A DNA stretch of 64,000 nt, from NCBI RefSeq assembly GCF_046119375.1, contig NW_027362761.1:876742001-876806000 (forward strand), given 5' to 3'. Within the stretch, counting starts at the first letter, position 1, and every line of letters starts with the position of its first letter. The position numbers and the translations under genes are program-made. The notes below the pieces were generated by a model that saw only the letters and a program-made list of their open reading frames with translations, did no database searches and was not told the origin of the DNA. Source of the stretch: Phyllobates terribilis. Its lineage: Eukaryota. Positions 25,970 through 39,235 of the stretch are shown here, one piece after another.

Positions 25970-27619
25970 CAGTCATATGAAAAAGTTTGGGCACCCCTAT
26001 TAATCTTAAGCTTAATGTTTTATAAAAATTGGTGTTTTTGCAACAGCTATTTCAGTTTGATTTATGTAATAACTGTTGGACACAGTAATGTTTCTGCCTT
26101 GAAATGAGGTTTATTGTACTAACAGAAAATGTGCAATCTGCATTCAAACAAAATTTGACAGGTGCATAAGTATGGGCACCTCACCAGAAAAGTGACATTA
26201 ATATTTAGTAGATCCTCCTTTTGCAAAAATAACAGCCTCTAGTCGCTTCCTGTAGCTTTTAATGAGTTCCTGGATCCTGGATGAAGGTATTTTTGACCAT
26301 TCCTCTTTACAAAACAATTCCAGTTCAGTTAAGTTTGATGGTCGCCGAGCATGGACAGCCCTCTTCAAATGATCCCACAGATGTTCAATGATATTCAGGT
26401 CTGGGGACTGGGATGGCCATTCCAGAACATTGTAATTGTTCCTCTGCATGAATGCCTGAGTAGATTTAGAGCTGTGTTTTGGATCATTGTCTTGCTGAAA
26501 GATCCATCCCCTGCGTAACTTCAACTTTATCACTGATTCTTGAACATTATTGTCAAGAATCTGATGATACTGAGTGGAATCCATGCGTCCCTCAACTTTA
26601 ACAAGATTCCCGGTGCCGGCATTGGCCACACAGCCCCAAAGCATGATGGAACCTCCACCAAATTTTGCTGTGGGTAGCAAGTGTTTTTCTTGGAATGCTG
26701 TGTTTTTTTGCCGCCATGCATAACGCCTTTTTGTATGACCAAACAACTCAATCTTGGTTTCATCAGTCCACAGGACCTTCTTCCATAAAGAAATTGGCTT
26801 CTCCAAATGTGCTTTTGCATACCTCAGCCGACTCTGTTTGTGGCGTGCTTGCAGATACGGCTTCTTTCGCATCACTCTCCCATACAGCTTCTCCTTGTGC
26901 AAAGTGCGTTGTATAGTTGACCGATGCACAGTGACACCATCTGCAGCAAGTTGATGCTGCAGCTCTCTGGAGGTGGTCTGAGGATTGTCCTTGACTGATC
27001 TCATCATTCTTCTTCTCTGCCTTTCTGATGTTTTTCTTGGCCTGCCACTTCTGGCCTTAACAAGAACTGTCCCTGTGTTCTTCCATTTCCTTACTATGTT
27101 CCTCACAGTGGAAACTGACAGGTTAAATCTCTGAGACAGCTTTTTGTATCCTTCCCCTGAACAACTATGTTGAATAATCTTTGTTTTCAGATCATTTGAC
27201 AGTTGTTTTGAGGAGCCCATGATGCCACTCTTCAGAGGAGATTCAAACAGGAGAACAACTTGCAAGTGGCCACTTTAAGTAGCTTTTCTCATGATTGCAT
27301 ACACCTGGCTATGAAGTTCAAAGCTCAATGAGGTTACAAAACCAAAAAAAGGCTTTTAGTAAGTCAGTAAAAAGTAGGTAGGAGTATTTAAAACAAGAAA
27401 ATGATAAGGGTGCCCATACTTATGCAACTGTCAAATTTTGTTTGAATGCAGATTGCACATTTTCTGTTAGTACAATAAACCTCATTTCAAGGCAGAAACA
27501 TTACTGTGTCCAACAGTTATTACATATATCAAACTGAAATAGCTGTTGCAAAAACACCAATTGTTATAAAACATTAAGCTTAAGATTAATAGGGGTGCCC
27601 AAACTTTTTCATATGACTG
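25970..27619 (-). mobile_element. Tc1 family B copy 1 (1650 bp, IR/DR-type long TIRs)
   Basis: TA-CAGTCATATGAAAAAGTTTGGGCACCCC...GGGGTGCCCAAACTTTTTCATATGACTG-TA. ~210-bp TIRs with repeated gggcacc motifs. Confidence 0.95.
26198..27220 (-). CDS. Intact 340-aa DD34E Tc1 transposase
   Basis: MGSSKQLS... with GRPRK, WTDETKIE, QQDNDPKH, then 34 residues to E in SPDLNIIE. No stops. Confidence 0.93.
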   Translation of the reverse strand: MGSSKQLSNDLKTKIIQHSCSGEGYKKLSQRFNLSVSTVRNIVRKWKNTGTVLVKARSGRPRKTSERQRRRMMRSVKDNPQTTSRELQHQLAADGVTVHRSTIQRTLHKEKLYGRVMRKKPYLQARHKQSRLRYAKAHLEKPISLWKKVLWTDETKIELFGHTKRRYAWRQKNTAFQEKHLLPTAKFGGGSIMLWGCVANAGTGNLVKVEGRMDSTQYHQILDNNVQESVIKLKLRRGWIFQQDNDPKHSSKSTQAFMQRNNYNVLEWPSQSPDLNIIEHLWDHLKRAVHARRPSNLTELELFCKEEWSKIPSSRIQELIKSYRKRLEAVIFAKGGSTKY

Positions 27620-28019
27620 TATATACTGAAAATGTCGGGAAAGGGTTAAGTTCCAACAGCCTCTGGAAGTGACATTAGAACAGGAACTATGAAATGGTCA
27701 AGAAGCTTTACAAAAGATGATCACTGTATGCAATGCCAAAGGTTGACTGAAGTTGAGAAATGCATAAAGCAAGTTTTATTATTTGTACCAATGAAGAGTA
27801 ATACTACTATAGTGTCATAGAAATATTAAGAATTTCTCCCAAAACCGCTCTTCCCCCATCCCTTATCGACCATCTGTCAGAGTAGAAAAGCTGGCAATCT
27901 AAAGGAGCTGTCTATGCAAATTATCACACACAGGAGAAGTGGCTAATAGGCAAATGCTAGTACAAAGGGAGCTACTAACCCAATTAAGATACGAGTGTAT
28001 TTTCTAGTGATGCCAGCCT

Positions 28020-29125
28020 GTGACAAATATACACCTAGGTGAGAAGGATGCAGTCCCTGGCTTCAAAAGAATTCTCTCTCACCCCCAGGGCATTCCCCCT
28101 TTTGCTCAATAGAAATCTACAGTCTCGCCAGCACGGACCCGAAATATGGAATATCGTAAGTTCTATACTTCCGATAATAATATCATATTTTTATAGTTTT
28201 CCGTAGCTGTGGGCCCCTCTGGTGAGCTGTGGCGCAAAAGTATCAGAATAACGGACCGCAGCTATGCCATGTGTAGTCTCTAGGGAAAGGTAAATTCGTA
28301 ATAAAGAATATGGCGTCACTTGCAAGCTTCTGCAATCAACCAGCAATAAGTTATTGCAGAAGTTAGATATTTTAATAAAAATATGAAGGCTGGAGCCCAG
28401 CTCTGGTGATGTCATCACAGGGGATGGGTGGGCAGGTCCCCCCTGCGACATAAAAGACCCAGCCGAGGATGGGTCAGTACTCATGCCGGGAGTATATATT
28501 TCATATAGCACGGGTGACGTTCGATAACGGTCAGCTGGAGCGCCTCCCCTCCAGCTAAAAGGAATCGTCTCTGCGATCGGTATAGTAAGTTCTTCTTTAA
28601 TCCCATTTTATTTGTGTAACTATATTCTGTATTGTAATGTATCCCTTTGTAAAAACTTTTGTATATTCTTCATAAACACTGCCTCTCTTTTGGATTAAAT
28701 ATAAAAATTAAAAGTCCTGTTTCCTTTGTCCTGTAATCGTTCCTCCCCCGAAGCCATATACGCTACCAGAAAAAGCAGGCGTCCGATCAGACCTGTATTA
28801 TATTTTAAAATTGATCGGTGGTGGCAGCGAATAATATTAATTGGGCTATCGTGAACCTGGCAGTGACCGTACGGGGGCGTATACACATATTCTATGCGTT
28901 GGAATCCGGAGGTGTGTACGCCATATGCTCACTGGTCGCTTGCCGATAGCTACGCAGTGCGTAGTTGGGATCATGTGCGTGCGAATCCCTGACGTTCCTG
29001 ACAAATCTTGACAGTGACGGCAGCGATGGAATATTGTGTGATCTCCCCGGTGTCGTCCTCCTGTGAATCCCTGACATATAGCATGCAAACATTTTAGATA
29101 ATCCCTTCCAACTCCGTGGCAAAGG
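28020..29125 (+). mobile_element. LTR-like fragment
   Basis: Starts tgtgaca. Has a TATA-like cataaaag, a U-rich block and a tggtggcagcg motif. No TSD found. Confidence 0.3.
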
Positions 29126-29168
29126 TTACTTACTTGTTCCATTTTATGCATAAAGTGTGGTATACATA

Positions 29169-30563
29169 CAGTAGTGTTCAAAATAATAGCAGTGTGTTGA
29201 AAAACATGTTAAGCACAAAATCTTTGTACTTGTTTTTATTTCCATGCATTGGGAACATTGCACACTGTTTTCTAATTCAAAACATGATGGTAAATGTATA
29301 TAATTTTTAACTAATTTACAGAAAATACCAAAAAATTAACATTGGGCTGTTTAAAAAAATAGCTGTGTCTGTATTTGTCTTTATAAACTCACAATATGCA
29401 CTATTTTTTGAGGATTTAGCATTCCTGTGAATCACTAACTTAATATTTAGTTGTATAACCCCATTTTTTTTAAACTGCTTCACATCTATGTTGCATAGAG
29501 TCAACCAACTTCTGGCACTTGTCAACTGTTATTCCAGCCCAGGATGCTTTGACTATATCCCACAATTTTCTGGCATTTGTTGGCTTTGCTCAGAAACTGC
29601 ATTTTTTATGTCACCCCACAAGTGTTCTATGGGATTAAGGTCCGGGGATTGAGCTGGTCACTCTATAACCTCAATTTTATTGGACCAGAACCAAGATTTT
29701 GCTTGTTTACTGGTGTTGTCTTATTGAAACACCCATTTCAAGGGCATATCCTCTTCAGCGTAAGGCAACATGACCTCTTCAAGTATTTTAATATATGCAA
29801 ACTGCTTCATGTCCATAATCCCTGGTATGAGGTAAATAGGTCCGGCACCATAGTAAGAGAAACATGCCCATATCATGATACTTGCACCACCATGCTTCAC
29901 TGTCAGACTGTACTGTGGCTTGAATGCAGAGTTTGGGGGTTGTCTGACGAACTGTATGCGGCCCTTTGCCACAAAAAGAACAATTTTACTTTGATCATCC
30001 TGGAGCTGATCATTGGCTGAGCATTTGCCATTCTGGCTATTCTTCGATCCATTCGAATGGTAGTCTTCTTTCACATCTCTCTGGTTTTTCTTTTCATTTT
30101 AAAGCATTGGAGATCATTTTAGCTGAACAGCCTATCATTGTCTGCACTTCTTTATAAGTTTTACCCTCTCCAATCAACTTTTTAATCAAAGTACGCTGTT
30201 CTTCTGAACAATGTCACGAACAACCACAAATTTCTCAGGCTTTCAAGGAGAAATGCATGTACAACATGTGTTGACTTCACCCTTAAATAAGGGCCACCTG
30301 ATTCACACCTGTTTCTTCACAGAATGATTGACCTCACTAATTGAACTCCACACTGCTATTATTTTGAACACACCCCCTTTCAATTAATTATTCATATACA
30401 CAGACTCAAAAACATGCAGATCATGAATGCGGAGTCTGTTGGTTTTCTTAGAATCTACTGCACCAACTGGTAAATTGTTTGATATGTGGTAATAGAATTT
30501 ATACCAAAAACAGTGATTAATCTGGTTAGTCATATTGGACTGCTATTACTTTGAACACTACTG
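29169..30563 (-). mobile_element. Internally deleted Tc1 element
   Basis: TA-CAGTAGTGTTCAAAATAATAGCAGT...CTGCTATTACTTTGAACACTACTG-TA. Remnant TVKHGGASIMIWACFS..KWVFQ at 30074-29721. Confidence 0.88.
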
Positions 30564-30609
30564 TAAAGGCATAGTACAGTGAGATGGGTGTGGAGGAGCT
30601 TAAGTGGAG

Positions 30610-30810
30610 CTACACAGAGATCCAACCTCAACCCCATTAAATATCTTGCAAATGAAATTAAACACTGTTTGTGAGTCAGACCTTCTCATCCAACATTAAT
30701 GCCTGACCCACAAATGTTCATTTGACTGAATGAGCACAAATTCCAAATTCCCACAAACACACAGCAAAATCTTATGCAAAGTCTTACGAAAAGAGTACAT
30801 GCTGTAACCG
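30610..30810 (+). mobile_element. Decayed Tc1 transposase C-terminal fragment
   Basis: Frameshifted resemblance to the SPDLNPIE..RPS..PT..DLTN..W..IP region. Confidence 0.4.
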
Positions 30811-31094
30811 TTATAACTTAACGTAACTCCTGCAACAGATAGAAGCATCTGTTAGCAGGAGGTTTCAACTTTGGAAACTGCAGCTGATCATGTGACTGGT
30901 CCTCTTTGAAAGAACGATTTATCCATGTTGGAAGAATCAAAATAAGTGACTTTATTTAGCATCATATTAATGTAAAGTATGCACAAAAGATTACAGAAAC
31001 TTTTTGGGCTCCGTTGGGAAAGTCTACTGAGGACAACCAAATAAAACTATGTCTATGCTCAATTTTTAAATAACACATTATGATACCATTGCCT

Positions 31095-32038
31095 GCATAC
31101 TCACTGCTCCGGCTCCGCGGTGGTCCCCTTCTGCTGGCATGCCTCCTGCTTGTTCATGCCACACTTACTGGCAGCTCGCCTAGTGTGCGCGTGGGTCTGC
31201 TTCCCGATTCTTAAAGGGGCAGCACGTGCACATAGTAAAATTCCCCCAGTGAATTTCTGGAAAGCATTTAGAATAATGAGCTCACCTGCTGGATGGCTCT
31301 CAACCTATTGCTGAGAGTCACCCTATGTAAAAGACTCCCTTTCCCTTAGGGAGTCGCTGAAGCAACAGCTTTCATTAGTATGTAGTCTCCCCTACTAGTG
31401 AGTTGTTAGTCCTCTGGTTCTCGTGTGGCTAGAATCCTGATTCTGTACCAGAATCCCTGGTCCGTGTGCGGCCAGTTTCCTGAACATTGTCCCCTGGTCT
31501 GTGATCGGCCATTCTTGTTTCCAAAGTCCCTAGTCCCGGTGTGGCCAGCTCCGTGAACATTGTCCCCTGGTCCAGGTGTTGTCATTTCCCTGAACATTAT
31601 CCCTTGGTCCTGGTGTGGCCAGTCCTCTGAGCATTATCCCCTGGTCCTGGTGTGGTCATTTCCCTGAACATTCTCCCCAGGTCCCGATGCGGCCAGTGTC
31701 TGAACATTTCCCTATCCGAGTATCCGGACTGCTACAACCTATCTCAGAAGTATCCGCCTGAATCTCTGTGTCAGTAACCGTTCTGCAGTAAACCTGAACT
31801 TATCCTATTAGTCTGAACAGAGGTCTAGTCTGTCTCAGCTACCTGACCCCTGGGGTCAGCTACTGAAGTACCGGCATTTGCCTTGGAGTGGTACCTGGCG
31901 GCTACCTGCAGCCCAGCCTGTCTCCACTATCTGGAGCTGCAGTGAACACCTGGTAGCCGCTTAGCCCCTACCTAGGCAGACCCATCCCTGTGGCACAGTG
32001 GGTCCACTAATCCACTTGCGCCACAGGGTGGCGTAACA
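31095..32038 (+). mobile_element. Solo LTR-like element with 36-37-bp minisatellite (31455-31710)
   Basis: Ends gggtggcgtaaCA, with a gtgggtccact motif like the other solo LTRs. 5' end and TSD unclear. Confidence 0.55.
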
Positions 32039-32768
32039 CACGTCTTCATTTTAGCATGAAAGGGTAAAAATTAGTGAGTGTCCTTTTTGTTATTTGTCTA
32101 TGCATTGTACAACAGTAATAGTTGCCTTGTAACTAAAGACATAGAAGAAGTCAAGCAACACGATTTGTAAAAATTAAAAGGACATTTTTATTGAAGAAGA
32201 TCATATTCAAGTAATTGCTGTAAAGCTTCACTTCACTATGTCTTTTATGTAGACAGGCTGCACTGCTGCTCCACCTGGGACATAACAGTCAGGAAACAGA
32301 TATATATACCGCATTGGGACCATATAACAATGAAATGACAAAAAAAATCTTAATAGAGCCTTGTATTCTCATAATAATGATGGCCCATTCATAAGTCATG
32401 AATGTTTTATCTTATTAGTACAATGAAGTGGCGAGCTGCACGGCACAAGCACTATGACATGAGCAGCATTACTAGACACAGCTGTAGGCACAGAAGAGTC
32501 ACTGTGCCTATCTATACAATGGAGGAGACTTCACTGTTCTGATAAGTGGGGAATCCAGATGTTTGATCACCACTTATAAAACACTTGGGGCCTATCTAAA
32601 GTTCTTATCAATCAATGCTTTAGTGCCAGAAAAAGCCATTAATGTTGAAAAAACATAAAAAACAACAACACTGGCAATACAAGTGGAATTAACCACTGCT
32701 AGTGCTAGATGGTAAAGATGGAAATGAAATAATTATTTTAGAAACACAATTGAATATGATACATTTAA

Positions 32769-33920
32769 CCCCTTCACGACCTTGGACCTAGGTACGTCCA
32801 AGGTTGTGTCCCTACCTTTGAGGCAGGATCCGGCGCTGAGTCCGCATCTTTCCCTGCACATGACAGCTGGTGCCTCTAACAACCGTGGTTGGGTTCGAGA
32901 TCCACCCGTGCTGTTAACCAGTTAAATGCTGATGTCAATCACTGACAGCAGCATTTAATGCGCACTGGCCGGAAGTGCGCCACAAGTCCCACCCAACGGT
33001 GCCCCTGTCATGTGATCGCGGGGCGCCGATGGGTTGTCATGACAGCCGGGGGTCTACACAAGACCCTCGTGCGCTGTCATTGTGAATCTACTTTGAATGC
33101 TGGCCGATGATCACAGCTCCAAGTCTCCTAAGGGGACTGTTGAAGCCAGTAAAAAGCAAAAAAAAAAAAAAAAAGTTTTAAAAAATAACAAAAAAAACAC
33201 AAAATTTCAAATCACCCATTGCCCCATTGAAAAGGAAACAATAAAAAAATACCCATATTTGGAATGCCGAGTTCATAAATGTCCGATCTATCAAAATATA
33301 AATTAAATGAATCACATCGGTAAACGGCGTAACGAAAAAAAAAATTTAAACGCCAGAATTAAGTTTTTTGGCCACCACAACATTGCAATAAAATGCAATA
33401 ACAGGTGATCCAAACATCATATCTACCCCAAAATAGTGTCAATAAAAAAGTTAGCTAAGGGCGCAAAAATAAGTCCTCACCCAGCCCCAGATCCTGAAAA
33501 ATGGAGAAGCTACGGGTCTCGAAAAATGGCGACATAAGCTAATTTTTTTTCATACAAATTTGGGATTTTTTTTCACCATTTAAACTAAAACCTACACATG
33601 TTTGGTATCAGCGTACTCATACTGACCTGGGGAATCATATCACAAGGTCAGTTTCGAATTTAGTAAACATGGTAAATAAAAAAACAAAAAAAACTTTGTG
33701 GAATTGCATTTTTTTTTGCAATTACACCGCACTAGGATTTTTTTTCTCATTTTCCAGTACACTATATGGCAGAATGAATGGTGTCATTCAAAAGTACAAC
33801 TCGTCCCGCAAAAAACAAGCCCTAATACGGCTATATTGACGGAAAAATAAAAAACAATTATGGCTCTGGGAAGAAGGGGAGCAGAAAATGAAAGCGGAAA
33901 ATTGCAAAGTTGTTAAGGGG
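32769..33920. mobile_element. piggyBac-like MITE (1152 bp)
   Basis: TTAA-CCCCTT...AAGGGG-TTAA (32765-68 and 33921-24). Confidence 0.8.
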
Positions 33921-34495
33921 TTAAAAGCTTTAGATGCAAGAAATGATGCTCCTAAGATGTAACCCTGTTGAATTTCGCAAAGGTTTCTAGTTGATAAAAT
34001 ATAACCACCTTCACTAACACTTTGATGAAGAGATTCACCATTGAGTTGCCTATCGTCTATGTTGGTCGTGATGTGGGGTGTCTGCAGGCTACTTCAGCTG
34101 TCAGGACCACTGACACAGTATTTTTGCCAAAAGGCTTTGTTTAGTCCAGTGTAATAAGTACCACTTCTTATAGGCAGAACACCATATAACTTTTACAGTT
34201 CCGAGGACGACGTTTACACTAGTGTAAGCACAAGGAATGGAGAATGTGAAGGGCAGAAAGGAAAAAACACTCTCCAGAGAAGTGACCAGGTCATTAGTCA
34301 TTGGTCTATGCTCTCATCAGTAAGATACACTTGTTCATCTTGCAGGTAAAACATTCCCAGTGATGGTGACAGCGACTTTTCTAGTTATAATGTAGAGTAG
34401 TGATTAAAAAAAATTCCGCTAGAGTGATGTATCCTCCATTTCTGAATCTCATGATTATTTACTAAGCACACTTTCTGCCACGTTCTCTATGCAGC

Positions 34496-34528
34496 TTTAT
34501 TCACTGTCCGGTGTAATGCATATTTATT
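34496..34528 (-). terminator. Candidate TBCK polyadenylation signals (two AATAAA)
   Basis: tttatt on + at 34496-34501 and 34523-34528 reads AATAAA on minus, about 800 nt after the stop. Which site is used is not shown by the sequence. Confidence 0.4.
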
Positions 34529-35326
34529 ACATGTAACATTATTACAAATATAATAGTTCATCATGATTCACAATGCGATTTTTCCATTTCATACAGATAA
34601 CTTAGGATCTTCCATAATTCTGTAGTATAACTAATGTGTACCTTTTGTAAATGCTCACAAAGTATAAGCAAACTGCATTAGACAATTGTGTTTTTTTTCT
34701 CATTACAAGATGTTCTGACTTGTCAAATTTCTCATAGTCCAAGAGCATGATCACAGAAGAATCTAGAAGATTGCGATGACCCCATAGGCACAGCCATCGC
34801 TTCAATGAATTCCTCCCACTGGTTTAGTGGAGACATGACTGCACACACAGCGTCACTGCTCTGAACTGTTCATTTTAGATATCAATGAAGGTTCTTGCTC
34901 CACCAATGTGACAGAACCCTTATGGCATATCTGATACACATCAGAAATTGCAATAATGGGAATAAACCCTTTTCTGGGACTATGACCCAATTCTATGTTA
35001 GTATTTTGGGTCTAAGATGGAATATGTATACTTTTTAATAGCAATTTCGCCAGAATTCTGGAATAAATAACTTTGAAAAGTGGCAATATTTTTGCACAAC
35101 TTGTAGTTGCAGAAAAATATTGTGACTTTTGGGTTTTTGGTTGGAGGAAGATAGGAGCAACAATGATTTAGGAACGACATATTCGCTGAATAAAAAAAAA
35201 TCCCAAAAATTATCTTGTAGCTGTATCCAGAAGCATGATATTGTGAATGAAAATAATATATAAAAAAGTAGATGGCACAGGTGGAACTGGACTGGACCAA
35301 TAGTCAGTCTTCAGGATGTGGAACGG

Positions 35327-35437
35327 TCATATTTGCGGGGATGGTACAGTTAGTAGACCTGTTGGCTTCATCTTGTTCATTCCACCATCCAAGATACAAA
35401 CACGTGGGTATCCTAACTTCACCAGATGTGCTGCAAA
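35327..35437 (-). CDS. TBCK: TBC1 domain-containing kinase, last coding exon (end of rhodanese-like domain)
   Basis: Minus-strand acceptor ttttctctcttAG (AG at 35439-35438), then phase-0 [36 protein letters not shown] and TGA at 35329-35327. Closely matches the recalled human TBCK C-terminus [36 protein letters not shown]. Confidence 0.93.
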   Translation of the reverse strand, partial: FAAHLVKLGYPRVCILDGGMNKMKPTGLLTVPSPQI

Positions 35438-38207
35438 CTAAGAGAGAAAACATTAGTGCAATTATCCAGAGCCAACATTGTGCCGGCCTTACTTTTTTTG
35501 TAGAAAGGACTGGAGATAACAATAAAAGAATGTATACATTAGTGCACATGTACAGTAGACGTATGTTGACAAAACTACATATCGAATACAACGTAGTCTC
35601 TTTGAAACGACCACCCCAAATTGCAGTGAAAACGACTGGTCTAATTATATTAGTGCTCTTCATCTTGTTGATCTTTTGAAGAAGTTTCTTTTATATACAG
35701 TATTCCTTGAGGCAGAAACCCATACTCTTTGCTCTCAGTGGCACAATGCTCAGAGGAACAACACAATGCATAAACCACCATGAGTAACATCTTCTCCATA
35801 GCATGCAAGTTGTACTTTGGGGCCACCTAGGGCATTGCATTCTGAAGATGCACCTCCTGCTCATGTGCCAATTTCAGACACACATTTATTTCTTGACTAC
35901 TATACCATAATTTTTATTTAACCTCGTATATATGGTAATTACCTATGTTTATGTCTCGGTATTCACACAAAGCCCAACAAAGGGTGTCAACCAGAAACGT
36001 TGCTGTAATTCTGTCTATATTACTTACCTTGATACTGTATGTTGTGCACTTACTTGGACCTGGTTGAACAACCATGCTAATAAAAATTCTTGTAAGGCAT
36101 AACCAACACCTCCTGAAGTGCTGTTCCAGTAACGTTTTGTATATCAGTGTAACAGGATAAGCTAGGTGGCCATCTCCCTCTGACCGTGCACTCATTCAAA
36201 TCAGCTTGTACACATAAGAGATGTGCTGCCTCACCATCACTTCTAACCCCTCAAGTGTCTTCTCTAAGGTGTCCTTCCATGCTTGTTATAGTAGCCATTT
36301 TTTATAATTCTCCATTTTTATAATTCTCCATTACTAGAACGTGGCCTCTGTGCAAGGATTTTCTCTTAATCAAGGCCACCATATACCATTTAAGTCAGGC
36401 GAACCCACTGATTTACAAGGGAACGTCAAACCATTTGAGGGTTTCCTGGCTCTCCTGAGACAGATGATGTTGGGAGAGAGAAGGATTGGGCAGTTTGACT
36501 TTTAAAAACATCTTCCTAAGGTATATAAGGTATCTTAACGCTATAATAAACCATTTACTCTCATGCTTTTCCTACTCTCTCGTCACTTTTTTCCCCTATA
36601 GTTCCTTTACCAATGTAGAATTTTTTTCCTCACTTTATAATAACACAGTATTGTTTGTAACATGCCTAAGACTTGAGACATGTTGTATAATCATTCACTC
36701 AGTAACTCAGCCATTGCTTTACAGACTTCTTTATTTAGTGATACAATGTTGGACTTTTGGGCTAATGGCATAAAGAAAGAAAATTCCAGGACTGTGGCAC
36801 ATACTCGCAGGGTGGGCTCAATACGAGATTTTACAAAGTGTGGAGTGTGAAGAATCTGACAGCTGCCCAAGTCAAGTTCACTTGTCAAGCCTATATCCTA
36901 TGTCACTTTTTACTGGCCAACCTATTCCCATTATTTTTAAGCTGTCTGCACATTCCATAGGTATTTACGATGAACATTATAATCACTGTATACTATAGCA
37001 ATTACATAGCAGACACCAGATATACTGAACATAAATTCTACAACCAGAATGGGTTTATGATGGCTGCTAGCATTCAAAAGACACAGTAGGAGAGAGAAAT
37101 ATATTTTCTATATGTAGGCCTAGTGGGATGTATCAATTCATGGCTATTTTCAGTTGGTAATTTTTAGAAACTTTTACATTTCAAACGGATTAATTCAAAA
37201 TATAAAATACATTTTATATACTCTCTAATAGAATAATAGGTTAGTAGAAGAAGACCTATGTTCAGGAGCCAAAGATGAGAGTACTTTCAAAGAGTTTGTC
37301 ATGTCCTGCGGAAAATCTGAAAATTTACTGCCAGGCAGATGACTCTTCAGATAAGTAGGAATTGTCCAAAGTTGGAACCGTTATGGTGATTTGATAGGGT
37401 GAACAAAGAGACACTTAAATATTTTTTTATGAAATAGACAGAAGTGTAAAAGTTATTGAGAGGTGGAAGAGGGGGAGGGGTGGGGGGCTGACCTAAAACA
37501 TCATAATTGCATAGAAAGTTAAAAAAACAACAATAGTCATTTGTCTTCAGTAGTTCTAGCCTACTTCTGTTCTTATTCTACTTATATAGCCACCCAAGTT
37601 AGATTAATTAAATAGTCCTAAAAAAGAACAACTTTGATACAAAAGAATCCCGCCAGCTTTGTGGGGGAGGGCTGGGAGCGTTCATTGTGTACTGGGTGAA
37701 AGGATTGCATGGGAAAACAGGAATCAATGCTAAATAAACTTCTCATTAAAGGCAACTAAATTTCATTGTGAACAGTACGTGAGGCTGGCTATACAGAAGC
37801 CAATGTAACACTTAATACACATCTAAATGTCTTGATGGAAAAATCAGCAGTGGGCCCGCAAAACATTCCTGCCTCTGTTATCCTGGCATTAGCAGAAAGG
37901 AGCACCTAGTTAGTACTTTGCTGAATGGCCTAATTTATTTTAGACAGGATAATTGGCAGATCAAAGCAGCCCTGACTATAATGGGTGACAGCTTGTAAGA
38001 AAACCACTTTTAAAGCGATTGTTCCCCTTTATGAGTGATAGATGAGAGCAGGTGTAAATGGGTACTTCTCTTTTGTGGGTAGTGTCCAGGGAAAGGAAGA
38101 ACAGCCATGGGGTATAATAGATTACCTTTTACCCAAATTATTCCTGCTTGAAGAAAAATTAATTTAGTTATTGGGTATGTATTTTAGAATTGAAGAAAAT
38201 TAACTAT

Positions 38208-38597
38208 TTAAAATATAACCTGAAGTTCCTGAATCACGGGCAGCATGAATCAGAAGCTGGCTGCGTGATTACAGCCAGGCATGTCTTACACTGACATGCT
38301 GTGGCACTTCAGAGAAAACATGGTTTGAATACTCCGATGATGTCCCTGGCCGTCTTCTCTCCATCCTGTTCCAGTTAATTGACAGGTCTGTACCATATGT
38401 ATGCATAAGGAGGGACCTGTCAATCAACTGGATCATGGTAGGGAAGAGCCAGATGGGGACATTATCAGACTAGTCATGTCTCTCTCTATAGTCCTATATG
38501 TTTTCAAACTATGTTTTCTCTGAAAGGCGCAGAGCGTCAGTGTAAAACATACCTGGCTGCAATTGCTCAGACTCATCTAATGACAGGTTCCCTTTAA
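38208..38597. mobile_element. TTAA-flanked MITE (Kolobok/T2-like)
   Basis: Right end tgacaggttccctTTAA. Left end degenerate. Confidence 0.4.
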
Positions 38598-39235
38598 TGT
38601 TTTTTGTGTAAAGAAAAATATACTCACATGATATCATGTCACTATGGAAGCAATGTTAAAGGGGTTTTCCAGCACTTTTATATTGATGACCTATCCTATC
38701 AATAAAAGATCAGCAGGGTTCTGACATCCCCAACAATAAGCCGTTATCATTAGTGTTGAGCCACCCCTGTAGTGTTCGAGTTCGGTTCGGTTCGTCGAAC
38801 ACCCGTGTGTTCGCCGAACTGTTCGTCGAACACCTTCGAACACCGTTAAAACCAATGGCAGGCAAACAAAAACACATAGAAACACATAGAAAACACCTTC
38901 AAAGGTGTCCAAAAGCTGACAAACTGCTCAGAAGACACAACTAACACATGGAAAAGTGACAAGTACATATAGTCATGCGAAAAGAAAAGAGGTGGAGGAG
39001 TAAAAGGAGGGGGAGACACAGATATAGGCATGTCATGCCCTTCTAAAATCCAAAAAGTGAGAAGCCGAGACGGCCAGTCCGCTCCTGCCCGTGCCACCTC
39101 CGTGTCGCCGGGTTTGTGCCAGAGCCGCGGTGAACCCTGACGGCCAGCCCCCCTCTCCCAATACTGGTGCCTGTCCGCTGGTGGGTCGAGAGAGCCCCCC
39201 TGTGGTGGAGGCAGCTCTAAGCTTTTTAATTTAAA

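Larger units (their letters stand above)
20960..27645. mobile_element. piggyBac-like non-autonomous element (same family as 3693-8223) hosting a LINE and a Tc1 near its right end
   Basis: 21560-22140 is homologous to 6820-7760. Right end gtcgggaaaggg-TTAA at 27645-49. Left end not found. Confidence 0.6.

Noticed and set aside
25653-25994. Possible ORF1 of the LINE
   Set aside because: It overlaps the 5' boundary and flanking sequence, is low-complexity and has no ORF1-type motif.
34199-34320. Plus-strand exon-like stretch (SEDDVYTSVSTRNGECEG...) and nearby minus-strand KVAVTITGNV resembling TBCK KVIVIVGHV
   Set aside because: No recognisable homologue. The TBCK-like peptide lies downstream of the stop and has no supporting flanking similarity.
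1-34400. NPNT 3' exons, expected from recalled human synteny downstream of TBCK
   Set aside because: No MAM-domain-like coding sequence recognised. A tblastn would be needed to exclude it.
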